64,000 nucleotides of DNA from a virus: positions 24,236 through 88,235 of IMG/VR virus record IMGVR_UViG_3300028029_000006, one strand, 5' to 3'. Each line of letters starts with the position of its first letter. The first letter of the stretch is position 1. Both the position numbers and the translations under genes were made by a program. Below the pieces are notes generated by a model. The model was not told the origin of the DNA. It saw only the letters and a program-made list of their open reading frames with translations, and ran no database searches. Of this stretch, positions 31,084 to 39,819 are shown piece after piece.

Positions 31084-31809
31084 ATAACTCAAGTTGATAT
31101 TCAAAATGTAGTTTCATTAATTATATCCGGTATGACTATTGGAAGTAGCGCTTCTATGATTGGATTCGGAGGAATTGAAGATGAAAACGTTTTACTGTCT
31201 GGATACGCTGATAGCTCAGGTATTTTATCAGGAACATTTAGCGGAATAACTCCTCAAAATGTTTTCGTTAGAGCGAGAAATGGTGGAGTTATCGCAGCTG
31301 CAATTCAAGATGATGCCGGGGCTTTTACTGATTTTACTAATGAAGCAAGGGATAAGGCTGGTTCAAATGATGTGTTAATATTTCCCGCTACTCCAGCTGT
31401 TAATGATGCTTTTTATATGTCAGGTTTAAATGAATTTGAAGAAATCTTATTAAATGTAACAACTGCAGGCTCTGGAAATACTATAATTTGGGAATACTCA
31501 CAAGGATCAAGTTCATGGAATACACTTTCTATTACTGATAATACATCTAGCTTTGAAACAACTGGTTGGAATACAGTCACATTCTCCAAACCTTCAGATT
31601 GGGCCACAGATACAGTCAATAGCTTGGGGCCATTCTTCTTTGTTAGAGCTAGAATTTCTGGCGTTAGTGCACCAACACAACCTGCCGCAGAAGAAATTAC
31701 AATTAATAAAACTATTAAATATCTACCATTTGGTACCGTAGGAGTCATCTCTACTAACACAGGATTAACTGTTCCAGTATCATGGGTTATTGATACTATT
31801 AATCCATGA
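29491..31809 (+). CDS. Multidomain fibre/surface protein
   Basis: 772 aa, Ser/Thr/Gly-rich beta modules. Confidence 0.6.
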   Translation: MAITNIGTNTSSTGNSSIPLTFNHTQVAGSNRVIVVFAGSENANETSTWTVTYGGQAMTIVEAQQGAGFANNALVCYLFEADLPGDGSNTISVTFSGTSGSLNINAFCAEYDGVTQLISDTDIANIGSNTTITNTITGANTDLLCSTLSSGATGSFTHSDSQNELIDFNASSSVFSATDLLATGAISSLTSTFSSSANRLARACIVFNEAPSGGNYDQTSFRGRNDDGTETTATWKAVANTNWNQRQNTNFRVRFLIQEDDDVEDLNVEYQLQYNLNAAGWNDVNGASAVVRSFTSPNFADGDSCTQQIGAGTFIGSQNGMDEVNGLVGGANMDWSTTINEETEVEFCCQIRGVDTERGDTIELRLLQEPDIDFGTYTSIPTITIPIGAGLVLASSDFFQTTAGSENPGTFNFERSLPWGAITIALRHLTGGATSMLPTDKFTTIETSGTVTVQDGATIDDLIFNDDVVIGTVTDLTNVIVNGDLSITAGGTYNFSNVTVTGDITNDDNTQNVVVIGTNNSSLSTSEPGTGITQVDIQNVVSLIISGMTIGSSASMIGFGGIEDENVLLSGYADSSGILSGTFSGITPQNVFVRARNGGVIAAAIQDDAGAFTDFTNEARDKAGSNDVLIFPATPAVNDAFYMSGLNEFEEILLNVTTAGSGNTIIWEYSQGSSSWNTLSITDNTSSFETTGWNTVTFSKPSDWATDTVNSLGPFFFVRARISGVSAPTQPAAEEITINKTIKYLPFGTVGVISTNTGLTVPVSWVIDTINP

Positions 31810-32705
31810 CAAAAAAACATACAAATTTAACTTTTATTAAAAAAGCTAATATTATTCATAATAACAAATATAATTATTCAAAAATTAATTATATAAATAA
31901 TAGAACTAAAATAATTATTAATTGCAAAATTCATGGAGATTTTAATCAATCTCCAGACAATCACCTAAGAAAAAAAGGATGCCCTACTTGCGGATCTATT
32001 AAAACAAAAACTTCACAAAGAAAAAATACGAACAACTTTATTAAAGAATCTAAACTTATTCATAACAATAAATATTCTTATAATAAAACAAATTATATAA
32101 ACTCACTTTCTTCAATTATTATAATTTGCCCTACTCATGGTAAATTCAAACAACTACCAAATAATCATTTACAAGGAAAAGGATGCTCACAATGTGGAGG
32201 CTCCAATAAAAAAACATTAAAAGAATTTATTAATCAAGCAAACTCCATTCATAATAACAAATATAATTATTCTAAATCTAAATACATAAACTCAAATACT
32301 AAAACTATAATTATTTGTAAAATTCATGGAAAATTTCATCAAACCCCTGCTGCTCATATTAATCAATCTCAAGGATGCTTTAAATGCTGTAATTGGGCCT
32401 CACAATTAGAAAGCAATTGGCTTGATTCAATTAATATATTACCAGAAAATAGACATAAAAGAATTAAAATTAAAAACAAATTATTTATTGCAGATGGGTT
32501 TAACCCAAATACTAACACCATTTATGAATTTTATGGCGATTATTGGCATGGGAATCCAAAGGTTTATAAACCAAATATTATTAACAAAACTAGGAACTGT
32601 ACATTTGGTGAACTTTATAAAAATACAATTAATAGAGAGTTAATATTAAAAGAGGCTGGGTATAATTTAATTATAATTTGGGAATCAGATTGGAATAATA
32701 AATAG
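31806..32705 (+). CDS. Putative homing endonuclease with three C..HG...CxxC zinc-binding repeats and a PD-(D/E)XK/Vsr-like domain
   Basis: YNYSK..Y...IICxxHG.F.Q....H...GCxxC x3; ADGF...IYEFYGDYWHG. Confidence 0.75.
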   Translation: MTKKHTNLTFIKKANIIHNNKYNYSKINYINNRTKIIINCKIHGDFNQSPDNHLRKKGCPTCGSIKTKTSQRKNTNNFIKESKLIHNNKYSYNKTNYINSLSSIIIICPTHGKFKQLPNNHLQGKGCSQCGGSNKKTLKEFINQANSIHNNKYNYSKSKYINSNTKTIIICKIHGKFHQTPAAHINQSQGCFKCCNWASQLESNWLDSINILPENRHKRIKIKNKLFIADGFNPNTNTIYEFYGDYWHGNPKVYKPNIINKTRNCTFGELYKNTINRELILKEAGYNLIIIWESDWNNK

Positions 32706-32751
32706 TAATATTATTACATGAAATTGGAAAACCACTTGTGGAGAAAATTTT

Positions 32752-35394
32752 ATGGCAATTCAAGACGATATTACAATAGATGTAGTTAATAAAAAAATAA
32801 CCTATACTGGCGGATTTACTGACGACCGACCTAACAGCATCTATACTGTTAACGCATTGTACAGTTTTCTCCAGGATACTTTCGATGAACCAGGATTCAT
32901 GCAGCATTCAATACCAATGACTGCTCAGACTCCTACTCAGTATTCACTGATTAATATCTGGTTCATGGATCCAGAAACTATGAAAGCTCTTTATGGGGGA
33001 TCAATTCAAACAACCGATTGGACTAAGAATGGTTCAGTAGGAATTACCGCAATGAGATTTGATAGTGGATCCGCAGATGCTCCAACAAGTGGTGATTTAG
33101 GCGTAACTGTTACGGGTGGTACTTCTACAGCAACTGGAGTCCTTCTATTTGTTGATGTTTCTCCCTCACAAAATGGTACTGCTTCCAGAGACGTTGCTTG
33201 GGTTAGAAATTCCTCAGCCGCTCAATTCCAGGATACTGAAAATATTACTGGAACTGGAGTTGTTTGGGATAATGAAGGAAATACAGGGTTCCAATCTGGA
33301 GAAAATATTTGGGTTAACCTTTTTAGCGTTGGTTCCAAATCTGCTACTACAGAGGTTTATGTAGGGCAAGAAGATGATTACATGGGCGGAAGAGCTTTTC
33401 ATGATGGAGCCCTTACTAGTGCGGATATTTTAGATAGAAGAGTTGAAAAAATTGATGAATGGTGGGATACAGATGTTGACTTCGCTTCAGGATCACCCAA
33501 CCTTTTAGGTGGTGTTGACCATTTCGATATCTTAATGCTTACTCAAGAGGCTGGGAGATTGATTGATTCTGGTGACTTATTTGTTGGGGCGCGCCAATTT
33601 GGAACCATCTATAGTAACTTCCGCCTTACCGCCTCAACTGCTGGTAATTTCGTCGTGCCCTTCGCATCCACTGGAAATGATCTTAACTCAGCCGAAGGTC
33701 CATATAACTCAACATTTACAGGTAGATCTGGAAATGATCTTGAAGTTGGCGATATTCTCGTTAATGATGGCGCCCCAGCAGGGCGTTTAAGAGCAGTTGT
33801 AACAGCTGTAACTGGAGGCGCCAGTGCAACTGGTAACTTTGATTACTACTTAATTGGAGAAAACGAAGATTTAGCAACTACTGATAGAACTCTTAATCAA
33901 TTAACAGCAGCTGAAGTTTTAGATGTTCGAGGCGATACAACTACTTTCACAGTTGGTACTGTTACTGAAGTAACTAATGGTCCAGCACAAGCTCAAGGTA
34001 TTACTATTACATTTGCGAATGCGCAAAGAGATGTTAACGAAGATTCAACAGATGAAGAATATTCTTGTGTAATTGATTGTAACAATGTTGTATTACAAGA
34101 CGTTTATCAGTATATTCAATTTCTAACATCTCGTGGTAATCAGGACGGAAGCACTCCAGATACACAAGATACTTTAATTCCACTTACAAATGTAGCTGTT
34201 GATGAAGCAGGGGAATTTTACAGATCAGTTGGTGATATTACCGTTCCTTGGAATTCTAGAACAGGTACAGCTCCAGCAGAAGGTGTTTTAGTTACTAACG
34301 CAAACACTAGTTGGACAGCTTCTGGAATCGTTGTATCTTTATCAGATCCGACTGGATCAACAGGTCAGTTAACTTTGACTCAAGTAAAAGGAACTTGGGC
34401 AAACTCAGATACTGTAGCTATTGCTGGTAACCACGCAACAAACTTTGTTACTATTAACGGATCTCCAAGTTCAATTACTGCTAATACGGGTGCTCCTTTT
34501 GGATCATTCGCTGGTGGACGTTGGTTCGTTACCAGAGGAGTTGTACTAGATAATGTTCCTACCAGTGATGCTAATAATTGGCAGACAGTTGATTTATCTG
34601 GTAGCATCGTTACTCCACCTACTCAAAGAGCAATCACATTTGCAGGCTTAGTAGCAAATGATCGGGCTTCTTTATTTGAAGTTAATGTAGCTGGCACAGA
34701 TCAAATCACCAAAGCTCAAAATGGAGTTGGGGCTGCTGGAGCTTCTGCTGGAGATTCAGCAATCCCACTTGACAGCAATGTTGCTTTGGATGTTCCTGCT
34801 ACTGATAGCTGGGTTAGGGTTGTAGACACCTCTAGCGCTACTGGTGAGGAGTATAGGTTCTACTTTACCTCTGTTACTACATTAACCGTAACTCTTGATT
34901 CTGGAGCTAACACAGCCGGAACAGCTACATCATTAGGATCTGGAACTGTATTAAATGATACTGGAGCTTTTACAGCCTATGGAGCTAATGCAAGCGTTAG
35001 AACAGGTATGGAAATTAGAAATACTACAGATGGCTCTAGAGCGGTTGTATTAAGAAAAATTGATAATGATTCAATCGAGACAACTCCTCTCTCTGGAGGA
35101 ACTGATGATACTTGGTCGTCTTCGGATGTTTGGGATGCAAATAGAGTGGTGGTGGCACTTGTAGACGCGGATACAATATATTTCCCCTATATCGATGATG
35201 AGAGTACGGGTTCATCCCTAACTGCTTTGATTAAATATGTGTCGGATACAGACCTAATTGCCAGGATGAGGTTCTCAGACCCCGATGTTGGGGGAACAAG
35301 GATCCTACCTTTTCAGCAACTGAGTATTTCGCTAATAGACGCAGATCTAACGGTCACAGCTATTAGGACAGCAGATAGCATCGCAACTCCTTGA
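32752..35394 (+). CDS. Large fibre/surface structural protein
   Basis: 880 aa, Thr/Gly/Asp-rich; GGAG SD; shares domains with 37644..39785. Confidence 0.6.
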   Translation: MAIQDDITIDVVNKKITYTGGFTDDRPNSIYTVNALYSFLQDTFDEPGFMQHSIPMTAQTPTQYSLINIWFMDPETMKALYGGSIQTTDWTKNGSVGITAMRFDSGSADAPTSGDLGVTVTGGTSTATGVLLFVDVSPSQNGTASRDVAWVRNSSAAQFQDTENITGTGVVWDNEGNTGFQSGENIWVNLFSVGSKSATTEVYVGQEDDYMGGRAFHDGALTSADILDRRVEKIDEWWDTDVDFASGSPNLLGGVDHFDILMLTQEAGRLIDSGDLFVGARQFGTIYSNFRLTASTAGNFVVPFASTGNDLNSAEGPYNSTFTGRSGNDLEVGDILVNDGAPAGRLRAVVTAVTGGASATGNFDYYLIGENEDLATTDRTLNQLTAAEVLDVRGDTTTFTVGTVTEVTNGPAQAQGITITFANAQRDVNEDSTDEEYSCVIDCNNVVLQDVYQYIQFLTSRGNQDGSTPDTQDTLIPLTNVAVDEAGEFYRSVGDITVPWNSRTGTAPAEGVLVTNANTSWTASGIVVSLSDPTGSTGQLTLTQVKGTWANSDTVAIAGNHATNFVTINGSPSSITANTGAPFGSFAGGRWFVTRGVVLDNVPTSDANNWQTVDLSGSIVTPPTQRAITFAGLVANDRASLFEVNVAGTDQITKAQNGVGAAGASAGDSAIPLDSNVALDVPATDSWVRVVDTSSATGEEYRFYFTSVTTLTVTLDSGANTAGTATSLGSGTVLNDTGAFTAYGANASVRTGMEIRNTTDGSRAVVLRKIDNDSIETTPLSGGTDDTWSSSDVWDANRVVVALVDADTIYFPYIDDESTGSSLTALIKYVSDTDLIARMRFSDPDVGGTRILPFQQLSISLIDADLTVTAIRTADSIATP

Positions 35395-35420
35395 TATCAT
35401 TGAGTTAGAGGAATTTAAGA

Positions 35421-35515
35421 CTGTTTGGGCTCACTTTTTTGCTCTGTTTAGGTTCATTTGGTTCAGAAGTGACCCCAAACAGATTCAGTGAACCCAAACA
35501 CATGAGCCCAAACAG
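35421..35515. repeat. Array of 13-bp repeats (consensus TGAnCCCAAACAG) in inverted orientation
   Basis: Reverse copies 35421-35433 and 35444-35456 plus a partial at 35457-35465; forward copies 35470-35482, 35489-35501, 35503-35515. Confidence 0.85.
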
Positions 35516-35522
35516 ATAAATT

Positions 35523-35550
35523 AAAACCTACCATTTGGTAGGTTTTTTTT
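35523..35550 (+). terminator. Rho-independent terminator
   Basis: aaaacctacca-tt-tggtaggtttttttt. Confidence 0.8.
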
Positions 35551-35610
35551 ATTTGTATTCGAGTTGGTCTTGATCAGCACTCCTTCTTTTATTAGAAGGA
35601 GATTACGAAT

Positions 35611-37173
35611 TTGAATAACCTAACAGAAAAAGAAGAAGTAAAAATAAAAAAAATGTTTGAGCAAGGATTTGTGGCGTCAGATATTAGTTATAAATTAAAA
35701 TTAAAACCAATGTCAGTTAAAACTTTTATTAAAGAAAATAATATAACAATAAAAAAAGAAAAATTTAACGAAGAATTAATTATTAAATTATATAAATTAA
35801 AAATATCAATTAATAATATTAGTTTAAAATTTTCATCTACCCCAAGAACTGTCAAAAAAATTATTTTAAAAAGTGGATTAGTTTTAAGAGATAGAGTAAG
35901 TGTTGAAGACTGCCGTAAATTAGCTATTAATAGAGGTGGAATTTTTCTTAGTGATAAATATATAACTGCAAGAACTAATTATTTATGGGAATGTGATAAA
36001 AAGCATCAATGGGAAGCTCTTTATTCAAAAGTAAGGGGTGGGACTTGGTGCCCTACTTGTAATACTCCTACAATTTTAACATTAGAAGATTGCCATTTGG
36101 CTGCTAAGAAAAAAGGAGGCGAATTTCTTAGTGAAAAATATATTAATATAAAAATAAAATACAAATGGAAATGTGCTAAAAATCATATTTGGGAATCCGC
36201 TTTTGTAAACATAAAAAGTGGATCTTGGTGCCCTGAATGTGCGGGTAATAAAAAAGGTAATATTGAAGATTGTTATAAATTAGCTAAAAGTAAAGGTGGC
36301 TATTGCTTGGATGAAGTTTACTATAACAATGGTTATTTATATACCTGGAAATGTGAATTTAATCATGTTTGGAAAGAAAGTTATTCAAACACAAAATCAT
36401 GGAAATGGTGCCCTGAGTGTTTTCCTAGTAATAGATTGACTATTGAAGATTGTCAACAAACTGCAAAAGAAAAAGGAGGTTATTGTTTAAATAAAAAATA
36501 CACCACAAATCGTGAAAAACTTAAATGGAAATGTAAAAAAAATCATATTTGGGAAGCTACTTATATGAACATAAGAAAAAATAGTTGGTGTCCATATTGT
36601 TCTAATAGAGCTGGAGTAACAATTCAAGCATGTATAAATGTAGCAAAAGAAAAAGATGGTTACTGTTTAAGTTCTAAATACACAAGGTGTGGAGATGAAT
36701 ATGAGTGGAAATGTCATAAAAATCACATTTGGAAAGCTTCATTAAATTCAATAAAAGGCGGTAGTTGGTGTCCGCTTTGTAAAACTAAAACACAAGCACG
36801 CATTTTTTCTATAATTAAAAATATGTTTCCTTTACTTGAAGTTAAAAATAATTATAAAGGTTTTGATTGGTTTCTTTCAGAAAAAGGCAATAGGTTAGAA
36901 ATAGATATTTTTGTAGCTGGAATAAAGTTAGCGATTGAATATGATGGGGAACAGCATTTTTTACCTGTTAAATTTAATAATTATTCAGATGAAAAAGCTA
37001 AAAAGAATCTAGAAAACCAAATAATAAGAGATAAAATCAAGAATCAGCAAATTTCCGAGCATCCAGAAGATGTAAAATGTTTTATTAGATTTAATTATAA
37101 AGAGAAAACAACTGAAGATTATGTAAGAGATAAGGTTTTGAAAGCATTAAAAGAAGTAAATATAACGCATTAG
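35611..37173 (+). CDS. Zinc-ribbon-repeat PD-(D/E)XK endonuclease (homing-type) with N-terminal HTH
   Basis: Five W.C...H.W...WCPxC repeats; LEIDIF...LAIEYDGEQHF. Confidence 0.75.
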   Translation: MNNLTEKEEVKIKKMFEQGFVASDISYKLKLKPMSVKTFIKENNITIKKEKFNEELIIKLYKLKISINNISLKFSSTPRTVKKIILKSGLVLRDRVSVEDCRKLAINRGGIFLSDKYITARTNYLWECDKKHQWEALYSKVRGGTWCPTCNTPTILTLEDCHLAAKKKGGEFLSEKYINIKIKYKWKCAKNHIWESAFVNIKSGSWCPECAGNKKGNIEDCYKLAKSKGGYCLDEVYYNNGYLYTWKCEFNHVWKESYSNTKSWKWCPECFPSNRLTIEDCQQTAKEKGGYCLNKKYTTNREKLKWKCKKNHIWEATYMNIRKNSWCPYCSNRAGVTIQACINVAKEKDGYCLSSKYTRCGDEYEWKCHKNHIWKASLNSIKGGSWCPLCKTKTQARIFSIIKNMFPLLEVKNNYKGFDWFLSEKGNRLEIDIFVAGIKLAIEYDGEQHFLPVKFNNYSDEKAKKNLENQIIRDKIKNQQISEHPEDVKCFIRFNYKEKTTEDYVRDKVLKALKEVNITH

Positions 37174-37193
37174 TATGAGGTTATATAATAATT

Positions 37194-37625
37194 ATGGTAG
37201 AAAAGCAAGGAAAAGTAACTGGTTTTAAGATTGAAGCAACCAGACCTGAAGATTCAATTGCATTTATTGCGATTGAGTTATCTGGTTGTTTGCAGGAAGA
37301 GATGAATGCAAAAGGAGATGCTAAGGAGTTTGGAGAACAAGCTGTTAGAGAACGTCAGAAGGCAAAAAACTTTAGTAATTTAATGATCACATTAGGTGAA
37401 TATAACCGTAAGAAGGAGAAAGCATTAAAAGCTGGTGAAGTTCGAAAGGTAAGCCGTATGGAACCTATGGAAACATATGATATGGTTGAGATTAAGAAAG
37501 AGAGATTAATCATGTTAGAGCGAGCTACTGAATTAGATGAGAAGGTAATTTTTCATTTAGATATTGCTGACGAAGCAAGAAAGAAGTCTGTAGAGTTGCA
37601 GAAAAAACTATTAAAAGCTAAATAA
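37194..37625 (+). CDS. Hypothetical charged helical protein
   Basis: 143 aa ORF. Confidence 0.5.
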   Translation: MVEKQGKVTGFKIEATRPEDSIAFIAIELSGCLQEEMNAKGDAKEFGEQAVRERQKAKNFSNLMITLGEYNRKKEKALKAGEVRKVSRMEPMETYDMVEIKKERLIMLERATELDEKVIFHLDIADEARKKSVELQKKLLKAK

Positions 37626-37643
37626 TATATTTTGAGGAAGTAA

Positions 37644-39785
37644 ATGGCGATCATAGATAATGTTATTGTTAGGTGGGATTTATCTCCGCGTTTAATTGTA
37701 ATACCTATTCCCATTACCGAGGTTACGGTTCAGTCACTTCATGATACATTAAAAGAGATTGAGTCAAGGCCAGGCAATATGATTTACCCAATTTTAATTA
37801 CCACAACCGGTAAGGAAGATTTGGGTGGAGGTGTTTCTGTAGGATTAACCGCAACGTTGCAAAATGCTCAAGTATCTTTTGAAGCTAGGTATCCTAGAAC
37901 ATCAATTGGAGTATCAACAACAGCAGCATCTTCAGACGGTATTCTTTTAACAGACACTGGAGCTACATTTATTTCAGATGGAGTTATTAGAGGTGCAACT
38001 ATAACTAACTTTGATGAGCAAGCATATGCAACGGTAGTAGATATAATTTCAGAGACTGTTATTAGGCATGATCCTTTACAGGACGGTATTAATAATGATT
38101 GGGAGATTGGTGATACTTACAAAGTTCACAATGAGATTCAGTGTGAAGTAACTGGAGGTAATTTAGTTGCAGTTGATGATTTAATTGTAAGCATTGATCC
38201 AATTTCACCTACTGCATTTGTACAGATTGTAAGGACATCAGCATCATCATCAACTAATCAGAACTCATTAGATATTGAGTATGCGAGTTTTGGTGGTGGA
38301 GTTAGTGTAGATATTAATAATTTCACTGGTTTGTCTTCTTCTGGCACTAATTTTCCGGCTGGCACCCCTCGACAGCCATGTAATAATTTTGAAGATGCTT
38401 TAGAAATTTTAAATACACGAGGCTTTACAATATTATTTATAGGCGCTGGAACTACTTTAATTGACTCTGGATTAACTTATATAGGGATTACATTTATAGG
38501 ATCATCAAAAACAAAAAGTAATTTTGAAATTTCTTCTGACGCAATTACAATTGGTTGTGAGTTTGAGGATGCTACTATTACTGGAACTTTGGATGGTTAT
38601 TCAGTTTTGAAAAATAGTTTATTGGATGATATTAACTTTGTTGATGGTTTTGTTGAAGATTGTGTTTTACGAGGTACGATTATTTTAAGCGGTTTAAATC
38701 AAGCTAGTTTTTTACATTGTTCTAGTGCTATAGCTGGTTCTAATTCTCCTACCATTGATATGGGAGGGTCTGGAAGTAATTTAATTTTACGAGATTATAA
38801 TGGTGGTATTAAATTAATAAATAAGAGTGGTATTGAAAATGTCAGTATTGATATGAATTCGGGGCACGTGAATTTGGATTCAACTATTACTAATGGAACT
38901 TTAACTATAAGAGGAATTGGTAAGTTAACTGATAACAGTGGTGTTGGAGCTATTGTACAGGCTATTGATTTGATTGAAGGTATTAAGATTCAACGTTTAG
39001 CTTATGAGAGTAGTATTCATATTAACTCTCAAATAGGAATTGCTGGAATTACAGCAGGTGTTAATGGTTTACCATCAAATCCATCTAATAATATCCAAGA
39101 TTCTTTTATATTAGCCGATACATTAGGTTTAAACTCGTTTAATATTTTAGCATCCCTATCTTTAGATAGGGATATTTCTAATTGGAAAATTAAAAGTGAT
39201 GGTTTAGGTTTTTTAACTTTTGATGGATACTCAGCTGACTCTTCCACATTTAGTAATATGATTTTAAGTGGGGAAATTGGTGTGGGAAGTTCTTCTGCCG
39301 TATCAAGTTTAATAACTGATAATTGCGATTTAATTAATATAACTCAGTTTAAAGGGGTTTGTTCAAATATACAATTAGCTGGTACAGTTAGTTTAAACCC
39401 AAATGTCGCAACATTAATATCAAATTTGGCTACCGATGAAAGATCTTTACCGTTTTCAATACCATTAAGTATGACTGAATCTATTATAATATCTGAGCCC
39501 CCAACATTGGATGTTAATGGTGGTGAAATAACTATTCAAGGTTTAGATGGTTATTTAATTGTAGATAATGTAAATGTTTCAAGTTCATTATGTGTAATTA
39601 GTATGAATTCTGCCGAAGTATTTATATCACCATCATGTACTGATGGTGATATTATAATCAGAGGAACAGGTAATGTTACCAATGCTGGTTCATCTAATTT
39701 AAACATATCAGGCAATTTAAATGTTAATGAAATATCATCAGATATATTTAATAAATTATTCCCATTCACCGCTGGGGCCCAGTAG
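37644..39785 (+). CDS. Fibre/spike protein with beta-helix-like repeats
   Basis: 713 aa; two internal repeated modules (GTPRQPCNN / GLPSNPSNN); three DGY. Confidence 0.55.
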   Translation: MAIIDNVIVRWDLSPRLIVIPIPITEVTVQSLHDTLKEIESRPGNMIYPILITTTGKEDLGGGVSVGLTATLQNAQVSFEARYPRTSIGVSTTAASSDGILLTDTGATFISDGVIRGATITNFDEQAYATVVDIISETVIRHDPLQDGINNDWEIGDTYKVHNEIQCEVTGGNLVAVDDLIVSIDPISPTAFVQIVRTSASSSTNQNSLDIEYASFGGGVSVDINNFTGLSSSGTNFPAGTPRQPCNNFEDALEILNTRGFTILFIGAGTTLIDSGLTYIGITFIGSSKTKSNFEISSDAITIGCEFEDATITGTLDGYSVLKNSLLDDINFVDGFVEDCVLRGTIILSGLNQASFLHCSSAIAGSNSPTIDMGGSGSNLILRDYNGGIKLINKSGIENVSIDMNSGHVNLDSTITNGTLTIRGIGKLTDNSGVGAIVQAIDLIEGIKIQRLAYESSIHINSQIGIAGITAGVNGLPSNPSNNIQDSFILADTLGLNSFNILASLSLDRDISNWKIKSDGLGFLTFDGYSADSSTFSNMILSGEIGVGSSSAVSSLITDNCDLINITQFKGVCSNIQLAGTVSLNPNVATLISNLATDERSLPFSIPLSMTESIIISEPPTLDVNGGEITIQGLDGYLIVDNVNVSSSLCVISMNSAEVFISPSCTDGDIIIRGTGNVTNAGSSNLNISGNLNVNEISSDIFNKLFPFTAGAQ

Positions 39786-39819
39786 TTAACCAATAAATAA
39801 ACATGTTGTTGAGGTAAAT

